Position numbers and translations under genes: made by a program. 64,000 nt of DNA, taken from NCBI GenBank assembly GCA_964016885.1, contig OZ024743.1:130634001-130698000 (forward strand), written 5' to 3'. Below, in pieces: positions 12,501 through 24,823 of this stretch. The notes beneath the pieces are model-generated. The model was not told where the DNA came from, did no database searches, and was given only the letters and a program-made list of their open reading frames with translations. The stretch comes from Eledone cirrhosa (lineage: Eukaryota). Position 1 is the stretch's first letter. Each line of letters starts with the position of its first letter.

Positions 12501-15500
12501 TTGGTGTTTGGTGTTTGGTGCTTGGTGCTTGGTGTTTGATGTTGGGTCCTTGGTGCTTGGTGTTTGGTGTTTGGTGTTTGGTGTTTGGTGTTTGGTGCTT
12601 GGTGCTTGGTGTTTGGTGTTTGGTGCTTGGTGCTTGGGGCTTGGTGTTTGGTGCTTGGTGCTTGGTGTTTGGTGCTTCTGCTTGGGGCTTGGTAGTTGGT
12701 GCTTGGTGCTTGGTGCCTGGTGTTTGGTGTTTCGTGTTTGGTGCTTGGTGTATGGTGCTTGGTGCTTGGTGCTGGGTGGTTGGTGTTTGGTGCTTGGTGC
12801 TTGGTGTTTGGTGCTTGGTGCTTGGTGCTTGTTGTTTGGTGCTTGGTGCTTGGTGCTTCGTGATTGGTGCTTGGTGCTTGGTGTTTGGTGCTTGGTGCTT
12901 GGTGATTAGTGTTTGTTGCTTGGTGCTTGGGGTTTGGTGGTTGGTGCTTGGTGCTTGGTGTTTGGTGTTTGGTGTTTGGTGTTTGGTGTTTGCTGTATGG
13001 TGTTTGCTGTTTCGTATTTGGTTTTTGTTGTTTGGTGTTTGGTGTTTGCTGTTTGGTGTTTGGTGTTTGGTGTTTGGTGCTTGGTGCTTGGTGCTTGGTG
13101 TTTGGCGTTTGGTGCTTGGTGCTTGGTGTTTGGTGCTTCGTGCTTGGTGTTTGGTGTTTGGTGCCTGGTGCTTGTTGTATGGTGATTGGTGCTTGGTGCT
13201 TGGTGCTTGGTGTTTGGTGCTTGGTGTTTGATGCTTCGTGCTTGGTGTTTGGTGTTTGGTGCTTGGTGCTTGGTGTTTGGTGTTTGGAGCTTGGTGCCTG
13301 GTGCTTGTTGTTTGGTGTTTGGCGCTTGGTGCTTGGTGTTTGGTGTTTGGTGCTTGGTGCTTGGTGCTTGGTATCTGGTGTTTGGTGCTTGATGTTTGGT
13401 GTTTGGTGCTTGGTGTTTGGTGTTTGGTGCTTGGTGCTTGGTGTTTGGTGCTTGGTGTTTGGTGTTTGGTGTTTGATGCTTGGTGTTTGCTGCTTGGTGC
13501 TTGGTGCTTGGTGTTTTGTGTTTGGTGTTTGATGCTGCGTGCTTGGTGTTTGTTGTTTGGTGCTTGGTGCTTGGTGTTTGGTGTTTGGAGCTTGGTGCCT
13601 GGTGCTTGTTGTTTGGTGTTTGGCGCTTGGTGCTTGGTGTTTGGTGTTTGGTGCTTGGTGCTTGGTGCTTGGTATCTGGTGTTAGGTGCTTGATGTTTGG
13701 TGTTTGGTGCTTGGTGTTTGGTGTTTGGTGCATGGTGCTTGGTGTTTGGTGCTTGGTGTTTGGTGTTTGGTGTTTGATGCTTGGTGTTTGCTGCTGGCTG
13801 CTTGCTGCTTGGTGTTTGGTGCTAGGGGCTTGGTGCTTGGTGCTTGGTGTTTGGTGCTTGGTGCTTGGTGCCTGGTGCTTGGTGCTTGGTGCTTGTTGTT
13901 TGGTGCTTGGTGCTTGGTGATTAGTGTTTGGTGCTTGGTGCTTGCGGTTTGGTGTTTGGTGCTTGGGGTTTGGTGTTTGGTGCTTGGTGCTTGGTGTTTG
14001 GTGCTTGGTGCTTGGTGCTTGGTGTTTGGTGCTTGGTGCTTGGTGTTTGGTGCTTGGTGCTTGGTGTTTGGTGTTTGGCGTTTGCTGTTTGCTGTTTGGT
14101 GTTTGCTGTTTGCTGTTTGGTGCTTGGTGCTTGGTGTTTGGTGTTTGGTGTTTGGTGCTTGGTGCTTGGTGTTTGGTGCTTGGTGCTGGGTGTTTGGTGC
14201 TTGGTGCTTGGTGTTTGGTGCTTGGTGCTTGGTGCTTGGTGTTTGGTCCTTGGTGCTTGGTGCTTGGTCTTTGGTGCTTGTGTTTTGGTGTTTGGTGCTT
14301 GGTGCTTGGTGTTTGGTGCTTGGTTCTTGGTGCTTGGTGCTTGGTGTTTGTTGATTGCTGCTTGGTGCTTGGTGTTTGGTGCTTGGTGCTTGGTGACTAG
14401 TGTTTGGTGATTGGTGCTTGGGGTTTGCTGTTTGGTGCTTGGTGTTTGGTGCTTGGTGCTTACTGTTTGGTGTTTGGTGTTTGGTTCTTGGTGCTTGGTG
14501 TTTGGTGTTTGGTGTTTGGTGCTTGGTGCTTGTGGTTTGGTGCTTGGTGCTTGGTGCTTGGTGTTTGGTGCTGCGTGCTTGGTGTTTGGTGTTTGGTGCT
14601 TGGTGCCTGGTGCTTGTTGTTTGGTGCTTGGTGTTTGGTGTTTGGTACTTGGTGCTTGGTGCTTGGTGCTTGGTGTTTGGTGCTTGGTGCTTGGTGTTTG
14701 GTGTTTGGAGCTTGGTGCCTGCTGCTTGTTGTTTGGTGTTTGGTGCTTGGTGCTTGGTGCTTGGTATCTGTTGTTTGGTGCTTGATGTCTGGTGTTTGGT
14801 GCTTGGTGCTTGGTGCTTGGTGTTTGGTGTTTGGTGCTTGGTGCTTGGTGTTTGGTGCTTGGTGTTTGGTGTTTGGTGTTTGATGCTTGGTGTTTGCTGC
14901 TTGGTGCTTGGTGCTTGGTGTTTTGTGTTTGGTGCTTGGTGCTTGGTGCCTGGTGCTTGTTGCTTGGTGCTTGTTGATTGGTGCTTGGTGCTTGGTCCAT
15001 TAGTGTTTGGTGCTTGGTGCGTGCGGTTTGATGTTTGGTGCTTGGGGTTTGGTGTTTGGTGCTTGGTGCTTGGTGTTTGGTGCTTGGTGCTTGGTGCTTG
15101 GTGCTTGGTGTTTGGTGCTTGGTGCTTGGTGTTTGGTGCTTGGTGTTTGGTGCTTGGTGCTTGGTGCTTGGTGCTTGGTGTTAGGTGTTTGGTGCTTGGT
15201 GCTTGGTGTTTGATGTTTGGTCCTTGGTGCTTGGTGTTTGGTGTTTGTTGCTTGGTGCTTGGTGTTTGGTGTTTGGTGCTTGCTGCTTGCTGCTTGGTGT
15301 TTGGTGCTTGGTGATTGGTGCTTGGTGTTTTGTGCTTGGTGCTTGGTGTTTGGTGTTTGGTGCTAGGGTCTTGGTGCTTCGTGCTTGGTGTTTGGTGCTT
15401 GGTGCTTGCTGTTTGGTGTTTGGTGCTTGGTGCGTGGGACTTAGTGTTTGGTGTTTGGTGCTTGGTGTTTGGTGCTTGGTGTTTGGTGCTTGGTGTTTGG

Positions 15501-18500
15501 GGCTTGGTGTTCGGTGCTTGGTGCTTGGTGCTTGGGGCTTGGTGTTTGGTGTTTGGTGCTTGGTGCTTGGTGTTTGATGTTGGGTCCTTGGTGCTTGGTG
15601 TTTTTTGTTTGGTGCTTGGTGTTTGGTGTTTGGTGCTTGGTGCTTGGTGCTTGGTGCTTGGTGTTAGGTGTTTGGTGCTTGGTGCTTGGTGTTTGATGTT
15701 TGGTCCTTGGTGCTTGGTGTTTGGTGTTTGTTGCTTGGTGCTTGGTGTTTGGTGTTTGGTGCTTGCTGCTTGCTGCTTGGTGTTTGGTGCTTGGTGATTG
15801 GTGCTTGGTGTTTTGTGCTTGGTGCTTGGTGTTTGGTGTTTGGTGCTAGGGGCTTGGTGCTTGGTGCTTGGTGTTTGGTGCTTGGTGCTTGCTGTTTGGT
15901 GCTTGGTGTTTGGTGCTTGGTGTTTGGGGCTTGGTGTTCGGTGCTTGGTGCTTGGTGCTTGGGGCTTGGTTTTTGGTGTTTGGTGCTTGGTGCTTGGTGT
16001 TTGATGTTGGGTCCTTGGTGCTTGGTGTTTGGTGTTTGGTGTTTGGTGTTTGGTGTTTGGTGCTTGGTGCTTGGTGTTTGGTGTTTGGTGCTTGGTGCTT
16101 GGGGCTTGGTGTTTGGTGCTTGGTGCTTGGTGTTTGGTGCTTCTGCTTGGGGCTTGGTAGTTGGTGCTTGGTGCTTGGTGCCTGGTGTTTGGTGTTTCGT
16201 GTTTGGTGCTTGGTGTATGGTGCTTGGTGCTTGGTGCTGGGTGGTTGGTGTTTGGTGCTTGGTGCTTGGTGTTTGGTGCTTGGTGCTTGGTGCTTGTTGT
16301 TTGGTGCTTGGTGCTTGGTGCTTCGTGATTGGTGCTTGGTGCTTGGTGTTTGGTGCTTGGTGCTTGGTGATTAGTGTTTGTTGCTTGGTGCTTGGGGTTT
16401 GGTGGTTGGTGCTTGGTGCTTGGTGTTTGGTGTTTGGTGTTTGGTGTTTGGTGTTTGCTGTATGGTGTTTGCTGTTTCGTATTTGGTTTTTGTTGTTTGG
16501 TGTTTGGTGTTTGCTGTTTGGTGTTTGGTGTTTGGTGTTTGGTGCTTGGTGCTTGGTGCTTGGTGTTTGGCGTTTGGTGCTTGGTGCTTGGTGTTTGGTG
16601 CTTCGTGCTTGGTGTTTGGTGTTTGGTGCCTGGTGCTTGTTGTATGGTGATTGGTGCTTGGTGCTTGGTGCTTGGTGTTTGGTGCTTGGTGTTTGATGCT
16701 TCGTGCTTGGTGTTTGGTGTTTGGTGCTTGGTGCTTGGTGTTTGGTGTTTGGAGCTTGGTGCCTGGTGCTTGTTGTTTGGTGTTTGGCGCTTGGTGCTTG
16801 GCGTTTGGTGTTTGGTGCTTGGTGCTTGGTGCTTGGTATCTGGTGTTTGGTGCTTGATGTTTGGTGTTTGGTGCTTGGTGTTTGGTGTTTGGTGCTTGGT
16901 GCTTGGTGTTTGGTGCTTGGTGTTTGGTGTTTGGTGTTTGATGCTTGGTGTTTGCTGCTTGGTGCTTGGTGCTTGGTGTTTTGTGTTTGGTGTTTGATGC
17001 TGCGTGCTTGGTGTTTGTTGTTTGGTGCTTGGTGCTTGGTGTTTAGTGTTTGGAGCTTGGTGCCTGGTGCTTGTTGTTTGGTGTTTGGCGCTTGGTGCTT
17101 GGTGTTTGGTGTTTGGTGCTTGGTGCTTGGTGCTTGGTATCTGGTGTTAGGTGCTTGATGTTTGGTGTTTGGTGCTTGGTGTTTGGTGTTTGGTGCATGG
17201 TGCTTGCTGCTTGGTGCTTGGTGTTTGGTGCTTGGTGCTTGGTGATTAGTGTTTGGTGATTGGTGCTTGGGGTTTGGTGTTTGGGGCTTGGTGTTTGGTG
17301 CTTGGTGCTTGCTGTTTGGTGTTTGGTGTTTGGTTCTTGGTGCTTGGTGTTTGGTGTTTGGTGTTTGGTGCTTGGTGCTTGGTGCTTGGTGTTTGGTGCT
17401 TGGTGCTTGGTGCTTGGTGTTTGGTGCTGCGGGCTTGGTGTTTGGTGTTTGGTGCTTGGTGCCTGGTGCTTGTTGTTTGGTGTTTGGTGCTTAGTGCTTG
17501 GTGTTTGGTGTTTGGTGCTTGGTGCTTGGAGTTCGGTGCTTGGTGCTTGGTGCCTGGTGTTTCGTGCTTGGTGCTTGGTGCTTGGTGTTTGGTGTTTGGT
17601 GCTTGGTGTTTGGTGTTTGGTACTTGGTGCTTGGTGCTTGGTGCTTGGTGTTTGGTGCTTGGTGTTTGATGCTGCGTGCTTGGTGTTTGGTGTTTGGTGC
17701 TTGGTGCTTGGTGTTTGGTGTTTGGAGCTTGGTGCCTGGTGCTTGTTGTTTGGTGTTTTGCGCTTGGTGCTTGGTGTTTGGTGTTTGGTGCATGGTGCTT
17801 GGTGCTTGGTATCTGGTGTTTGGTGCTTGATGTTTGGTGTTTGGTGCTTGGTGTTTGGTGTTTGGTGCTTGGTGCTTGGTGTTTGGTGCTTGGTGTTTGG
17901 TGTTTGGTGTTTGATGCTTGGTGTTTGCTGCTTGGTGCTTGGTGCTTGGTGTTTTGTGTTTGGTGTTTGATGCTGCGTGCTTGGTGTTTGGTGTTTAGTG
18001 CGTGGTGCTTGGTATTTGGTGTTTGGAGCTTGGTGCCTGGTGCTTGTTGTTTGGTGTTTGGCGCTTGGTGCTTGGTGTTTGGTGTTTGGTGCTTGGTGCT
18101 TGGTGCTTGGTATCTGGTGTTTGGTGCTTGATGTTTGGTGTTTGGTGCTTGGTGTTTGGTGTTTGGTGCTTGGTGCTTGGTGTTTGGTGCTTGGTGTTTG
18201 GTGTTTGGTGATTGATGCTTGGTGTTTGCTGCTTGCTGCTTGCTGCTTGGTGTTTGGTGCTAGGGGCTTGGTGCTTGGTGCTTGGTGTTTGGTGCTTGGT
18301 GCTTGGTGCCTGGTGCTTGGTGCTTGGTGCTTGTTGTTTGGTGCTTGGTGCTTGGTGATTAGTGTTTGGTGCTTGGTGCTTGCGGTTTGGTGTTTGGTGC
18401 TTGGGGTTTGGTGTTTGGTGCTTGGTGCTTGGTGTTTGGTGCTTGGTGCTTGGTGCTTGGTGTTTGGTGCTTGGTGTTTGGTGCTTGGTGCTTGGTGTTT

Positions 18501-21500
18501 GGTGTTTGGCGTTTGCTGTTTGCTGTTTGGTGTTTGGTGTTTGCTGTTTGGTGTTTGCTGTTTGGTTTTTGGTGTTTGGTGCTCGCTGTTTGGTGCTTGG
18601 TGCTTGGTGTTTGGTGTTCGGTGCTTGGTGCTTGGTGCTTGGTGTTTGGTGCTTGGTGCTGGGTGTTTGGTGCTTGGTGCTTGGTGTTTGGTGCTTGGTG
18701 CTTGGTGCTTGGTGTTTGGTCCTTGGTGCATGGTGCTTGGTCTTTGGTGCTTGGGTTGTGGTGTTTGGTGCTTGGTGCTTGGTGTTTGGTGCTTGGTTCT
18801 TGGTGCTTGGTGCTTGGTGTTTGGTGATTGCTGCTTGGTGCTTGGTGTTTGGTGCTTGGTGCTTGGTGATTAGTGTTTGGTGATTGGTGCTTGGGGTTTG
18901 CTGTTTGGTGCTTGGTGTTTGGTGCTTGGTGCTTGCTGTTTGGTGTTTGGTGTTTGGTTCTTGGTGCTTGGTGTTTGGTGTTTGGTGTTTGGTTCTTGGT
19001 GCTTGGTGCTTGGTGTTTGGTGCTTGTTGCTTGGTGCTTGGTGTTTGGTGCTGCGTGCTTGGTGTTTGGTGTTTGGTGCTTGGTGCCTGGTGCTTGTTGT
19101 TTGGTGCTTAGTGCTTGGTGTTTGGTGTTTGGTGCTTGGTGCTTGGTGGCTGGTGCTTGGCTTGGTGTTTGGAGTTTGGTGCTTGGTGCTCGGTGCCTGG
19201 TGTTTCGTGCTTGGTGCTTGGTGCTTGGTGTTTGGTGTTTGGTGCTTGGTGTTTGGTGTTTGGTACTTGGTGCTTGGTGCCTGGTGTTTGGTGCTTGGTG
19301 TTTGATGCTGCGTGCTTGGTGTTTGGTGTTTGGTGCTTGGTGCTTGGTGTTTGGTGTTTGGAGCTTGGTGCCTGCTGCTTGTTGTTTGGTGTTTGGTGCT
19401 TGGTGCTTGGTGCTTGGTATCTGGTGTTTGGTGCTTGATGTTTGGTGTTTGGTGCTTGGTGCTTGGTGCTTGGTGTTTGGTGTTTGGTGCTTGGTGCTTG
19501 GTGTTGGGTGCTTGGTGTTTGGTGTTTGGTGTTTGATGCTTGGTGTTTGCTGCTTGGTGCTTGGTGCTTGGTGTTTTGTGTTTGGTGCTTGGTGCTTGTT
19601 GTTTGGTGCTTGGTGCTTGGTGATTAGTGTTTGGTGCTTGGTGCTTGCGGTTTGATGTTTGGTGCTTGGGGTTTGGTGTTTGGTGCTTGGTGCTTGGTGT
19701 TTGGTGCTTGGTGCTTGGTGCTTGGTGTTTGGTGCTTGGTGCTTGGTGTCTGGTGCTTGGTGCTTGGTGTTTGGTGCTTGGTGTTTGGTGTTTGGTGCTT
19801 GGTGCTTGGTGCTTGGTGTTAGGTGTTTGGTGCTTGGTGCTTGGTGTTTGATGTTTGGTCCTTGGTGCTTGGTGTTTGGTGTTTGTTGCTTGGTGCTTGG
19901 TGTTTGGTGTTTGGTGCTTGCTGCTTGCTGCTTGGTGTTTGGTGCTTGGTGATTGGTGCTTGGTGTTTTGTGCTTGGTGCTTGGTGTTTGGTGTTTGGTG
20001 CTAGGGGCTTGGTGCTTGGTGCTTGGTGTTTGGTGCTTGGTGCTTGCTGTTTGGTGCTTGGTGTTTGGTGCTTGGTGTTTGGGGCTTGGTGTTCGGTGCT
20101 TGGTGCTTGGTGCTTGGGGCTTGGTGTTTGGTGTTTGGTGCTTGGTGCTTGGTGTTTGATGTTGGGTCCTTGGTGCTTGGTGTTTGGTGTTTGGTGTTTG
20201 GTGTTTGGTGTTTGGTGCTTGGTGCTTGGTGTTTGGTGTTTGGTGCTTGGTGCTTGGGGCTTGGTGTTTGGTGCTTGGTGCTTGGTGTTTGGTGCTTCTG
20301 CTTGGGGCTTGGTAGTTGGTGCTTGGTGCTTGGTGCCTGGTGTTTGGTGTTTCGTGTTTGGTGCTTGGTGTATGGTGCTTGGTGCTTGGTGCTGGGTGGT
20401 TGGTGTTTGGTGCTTGGTGCTTGGTGTTTGGTGCTTGGTGCTTGGTGCTTGTTGTTTGGTGCTTGGTGCTTGGTGCTTCGTGATTGGTGCTTGGTGCTTG
20501 GTGTTTGGTGCTTGGTGCTTGGTGATTAGTGTTTGTTGCTTGGTGCTTGGGGTTTGGTGGTTGGTGCTTGGTGCTTGGTGTTTGGTGTTTGGTGTTTGGT
20601 GTTTGGTGTTTGCTGTATGGTGTTTGCTGTTTCGTATTTGGTTTTTGTTGTTTGGTGTTTGGTGTTTGCTGTTTGGTGTTTGGTGTTTGGTGTTTGGTGC
20701 TTGGTGCTTGGTGCTTGGTGTTTGGCGTTTGGTGCTTGGTGCTTGGTGTTTGGTGCTTCGTGCTTGGTGTTTGGTGTTTGGTGCCTGGTGCTTGTTGTAT
20801 GGTGATTGGTGCTTGGTGCTTGGTGCTTGGTGTTTGGTGCTTGGTGTTTGATGCTTCGTGCTTGGTGTTTGGTGTTTGGTGCTTGGTGCTTGGTGTTTGG
20901 TGTTTGGAGCTTGGTGCCTGGTGCTTGTTGTTTGGTGTTTGGCGCTTGGTGCTTGGTGTTTGGTGTTTGGTGCTTGGTGCTTGGTGCTTGGTATCTGGTG
21001 TTTGGTGCTTGATGTTTGGTGTTTGGTGCTTGGTGTTTGGTGTTTGGTGCTTGGTGCTTGGTGTTTGGTGCTTGGTGTTTGGTGTTTGGTGTTTGATGCT
21101 TGGTGTTTGCTGCTTGGTGCTTGGTGCTTGGTGTTTTGTGTTTGGTGTTTGATGCTGCGTGCTTGGTGTTTGTTGTTTGGTGCTTGGTGCTTGGTGTTTG
21201 GTGTTTGGAGCTTGGTGCCTGGTGCTTGTTGTTTGGTGTTTGGCGCTTGGTGCTTGGTGTTTGGTGTTTGGTGCTTGGTGCTTGGTGCTTGGTATCTGGT
21301 GTTAGGTGCTTGATGTTTGGTGTTTGGTGCTTGGTGTTTGGTGTTTGGTGCATGGTGCTTGGTGTTTGGTGCTTGGTGTTTGGTGTTTGGTGTTTGATGC
21401 TTGGTGTTTGCTGCTGGCTGCTTGCTGCTTGGTGTTTGGTGCTAGGGGCTTGGTGCTTGGTGCTTGGTGTTTGGTGCTTGGTGCTTGGTGCCTGGTGCTT

Positions 21501-24500
21501 GGTGCTTGGTGCTTGTTGTTTGGTGCTTGGTGCTTGGTGATTAGTGTTTGGTGCTTGGTGCTTGCGGTTTGGTGTTTGGTGCTTGGGGTTTGGTGTTTGG
21601 TGCTTGGTGCTTGGTGTTTGGTGCTTGGTGCTTGGTGCTTGGTGTTTGGTGCTTGGTGCTTGGTGTTTGGTGCTTGGTGCTTGGTGTTTGGTGTTTGGCG
21701 TTTGCTGTTTGCTGTTTGGTGTTTGCTGTTTGCTGTTTGGTGCTTGGTGCTTGGTGTTTGGTGTTTGGTGTTTGGTGCTTGGTGCTTGGTGTTTGGTGCT
21801 TGGTGCTGGGTGTTTGGTGCTTGGTGCTTGGTGTTTGGTGCTTGGTGCTTGGTGCTTGGTGTTTGGTCCTTGGTGCTTGGTGCTTGGTCTTTGGTGCTTA
21901 TGTTTTGGTGTTTGGTGCTTGGTGCTTGGTGTTTGGTGCTTGGTTCTTGGTGCTTGGTGCTTGGTGTTTGTTGATTGCTGCTTGGTGCTTGGTGTTTGGT
22001 GCTTGGTGCTTGGTGACTAGTGTTTGGTGATTGGTGCTTGGGGTTTGCTGTTTTGGTGCTTGGTGTTTGGTGCTTGGTGCTTACTGTTTGGTGTTTGGTG
22101 TTTGGTTCTTGGTGCTTGGTGTTTGGTGTTTGGTGTTTGGTGCTTGGTGCTTGTGGTTTGGTGCTTGGTGCTTGGTGCTTGGTGTTTGGTGCTGCGTGCT
22201 TGGTGTTTGGTGTTTGGTGCTTGGTGCCTGGTGCTTGTTGTTTGGTGCTTGGTGTTTGGTGTTTGGTACTTGGTGCTTGGTGCTTGGTGCTTGGTGTTTG
22301 GTGCTTGGTGCTTGGTGTTTGGTGTTTGGAGCTTGGTGCCTGCTGCTTGTTGTTTGGTGTTTGGTGCTTGGTGCTTGGTGCTTGGTATCTGTTGTTTGGT
22401 GCTTGATGTCTGGTGTTTGGTGCTTGGTGCTTGGTGCTTGGTGTTTGGTGTTTGGTGCTTGGTGCTTGGTGTTTGGTGCTTGGTGTTTGGTGTTTGGTGT
22501 TTGATGCTTGGTGTTTGCTGCTTGGTGCTTGGTGCTTGGTGTTTTGTGTTTGGTGCTTGGTGCTTGGTGCCTGGTGCTTGTTGCTTGGTGCTTGTTGATT
22601 GGTGCTTGGTGCTTGGTCCATTAGTGTTTGGTGCTTGGTGCGTGCGGTTTGATGTTTGGTGCTTGGGGTTTGGTGTTTGGTGCTTGGTGCTTGGTGTTTG
22701 GTGCTTGGTGCTTGGTGCTTGGTGCTTGGTGTTTGGTGCTTGGTGCTTGGTGTTTGGTGCTTGGTGTTTGGTGCTTGGTGCTTGGTGCTTGGTGCTTGGT
22801 GTTAGGTGTTTGGTGCTTGGTGCTTGGTGTTTGATGTTTGGTCCTTGGTGCTTGGTGTTTGGTGTTTGTTGCTTGGTGCTTGGTGTTTGGTGTTTGGTGC
22901 TTGCTGCTTGCTGCTTGGTGTTTGGTGCTTGGTGATTGGTGCTTGGTGTTTTGTGCTTGGTGCTTGGTGTTTGGTGTTTGGTGCTAGGGTCTTGGTGCTT
23001 TGTGCTTGGTGTTTGGTGCTTGGTGCTTGCTGTTTGGTGTTTGGTGCTTGGTGCGTGGGACTTAGTGTTTGGTGTTTGGTGCTTGGTGTTTGGTGCTTGG
23101 TGTTTGGTGCTTGGTGTTTGGGGCTTGGTGTTCGGTGCTTGGTGCTTGGTGCTTGGGGCTTGGTGTTTGGTGTTTGGTGCTTGGTGCTTGGTGTTTGATG
23201 TTGGGTCCTTGGTGCTTGGTGTTTGGTGTTTGGTGCTTGGTGTTTGGTGTTTGGTGCTTGGTGCTTGGTGCTTGGTGCTTGGTGTTAGGTGTTTGGTGCT
23301 TGGTGCTTGGTGTTTGATGTTTGGTCCTTGGTGCTTGGTGTTTGGTGTTTGTTGCTTGGTGCTTGGTGTTTGGTGTTTGGTGCTTGCTGCTTGCTGCTTG
23401 GTGTTTGGTGCTTGGTGATTGGTGCTTGGTGTTTTGTGCTTGGTGCTTGGTGTTTGGTGTTTGGTGCTAGGGGCTTGGTGCTTGGTGCTTGGTGTTTGGT
23501 GCTTGGTGCTTGCTGTTTGGTGCTTGGTGTTTGGTGCTTGGTGTTTGGGGCTTGGTGTTCGGTGCTTGGTGCTTGGTGCTTGGGGCTTGGTGTTTGGTGT
23601 TTGGTGCTTGGTGCTTGGTGTTTGATGTTGGGTCCTTGGTGCTTGGTGTTTGGTGTTTGGTGTTTGGTGTTTGGTGTTTGGTGCTTGGTGCTTGGTGTTT
23701 GGTGTTTGGTGCTTGGTGCTTGGGGCTTGGTGTTTGGTGCTTGGTGCTTGGTGTTTGGTGCTTCTGCTTGGGGCTTGGTAGTTGGTGCTTGGTGCTTGGT
23801 GCCTGGTGTTTGGTGTTTCGTGTTTGGTGCTTGGTGTATGGTGCTTGGTGCTTGGTGCTGGGTGGTTGGTGTTTGGTGCTTGGTGCTTGGTGTTTGGTGC
23901 TTGGTGCTTGGTGCTTGTTGTTTGGTGCTTGGTGCTTGGTGCTTCGTGATTGGTGCTTGGTGCTTGGTGTTTGGTGCTTGGTGCTTGGTGATTAGTGTTT
24001 GTTGCTTGGTGCTTGGGGTTTGGTGGTTGGTGCTTGGTGCTTGGTGTTTGGTGTTTGGTGTTTGGTGTTTGGTGTTTGCTGTATGGTGTTTGCTGTTTCG
24101 TATTTGGTTTTTGTTGTTTGGTGTTTGGTGTTTGCTGTTTGGTGTTTGGTGTTTGGTGTTTGGTGCTTGGTGCTTGGTGCTTGGTGTTTGGCGTTTGGTG
24201 CTTGGTGCTTGGTGTTTGGTGCTTCGTGCTTGGTGTTTGGTGTTTGGTGCCTGGTGCTTGTTGTATGGTGATTGGTGCTTGGTGCTTGGTGCTTGGTGTT
24301 TGGTGCTTGGTGTTTGATGCTTCGTGCTTGGTGTTTGGTGTTTGGTGCTTGGTGCTTGGTGTTTGGTGTTTGGAGCTTGGTGCCTGGTGCTTGTTGTTTG
24401 GTGTTTGGCGCTTGGTGCTTGGCGTTTGGTGTTTGGTGCTTGGTGCTTGGTGCTTGGTATCTGGTGTTTGGTGCTTGATGTTTGGTGTTTGGTGCTTGGT

Positions 24501-24823
24501 GTTTGGTGTTTGGTGCTTGGTGCTTGGTGTTTGGTGCTTGGTGTTTGGTGTTTGGTGTTTGATGCTTGGTGTTTGCTGCTTGGTGCTTGGTGCTTGGTGT
24601 TTTGTGTTTGGTGTTTGATGCTGCGTGCTTGGTGTTTGTTGTTTGGTGCTTGGTGCTTGGTGTTTAGTGTTTGGAGCTTGGTGCCTGGTGCTTGTTGTTT
24701 GGTGTTTGGCGCTTGGTGCTTGGTGTTTGGTGTTTGGTGCTTGGTGCTTGGTGCTTGGTATCTGGTGTTAGGTGCTTGATGTTTGGTGTTTGGTGCTTGA
24801 TGTTTGGTGTTTGGTGCATGGTG
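9583..24823. repeat. Two tandem copies of a 7620/7621-bp higher-order unit (9583-17202 and 17203-24823)
   Basis: ORF pairs 9629/17249, 10357/17977 and 12203/19823 are offset by 7620; 14792/22413 by 7621, after a 1-bp T insertion at ~22051. Landmarks: CTTGG 11536/19156, CTTCTG 12675/20295. Confidence 0.92.
12178..17202. repeat. 3465-bp (495-monomer) unit plus a truncated second copy, nested in the first 7620-bp unit
   Basis: ORFs 12203..13231 vs 15668..16696; CTTCTG 12675/16140; TTTCGTA 13010/16475. Confidence 0.88.

Noticed and set aside
22045-22056. Unique +T phase shift as a biological event
   Set aside because: It is a singleton in a T homopolymer, absent from the homologous copies (14431, 25517, 29213), and may be a consensus error.
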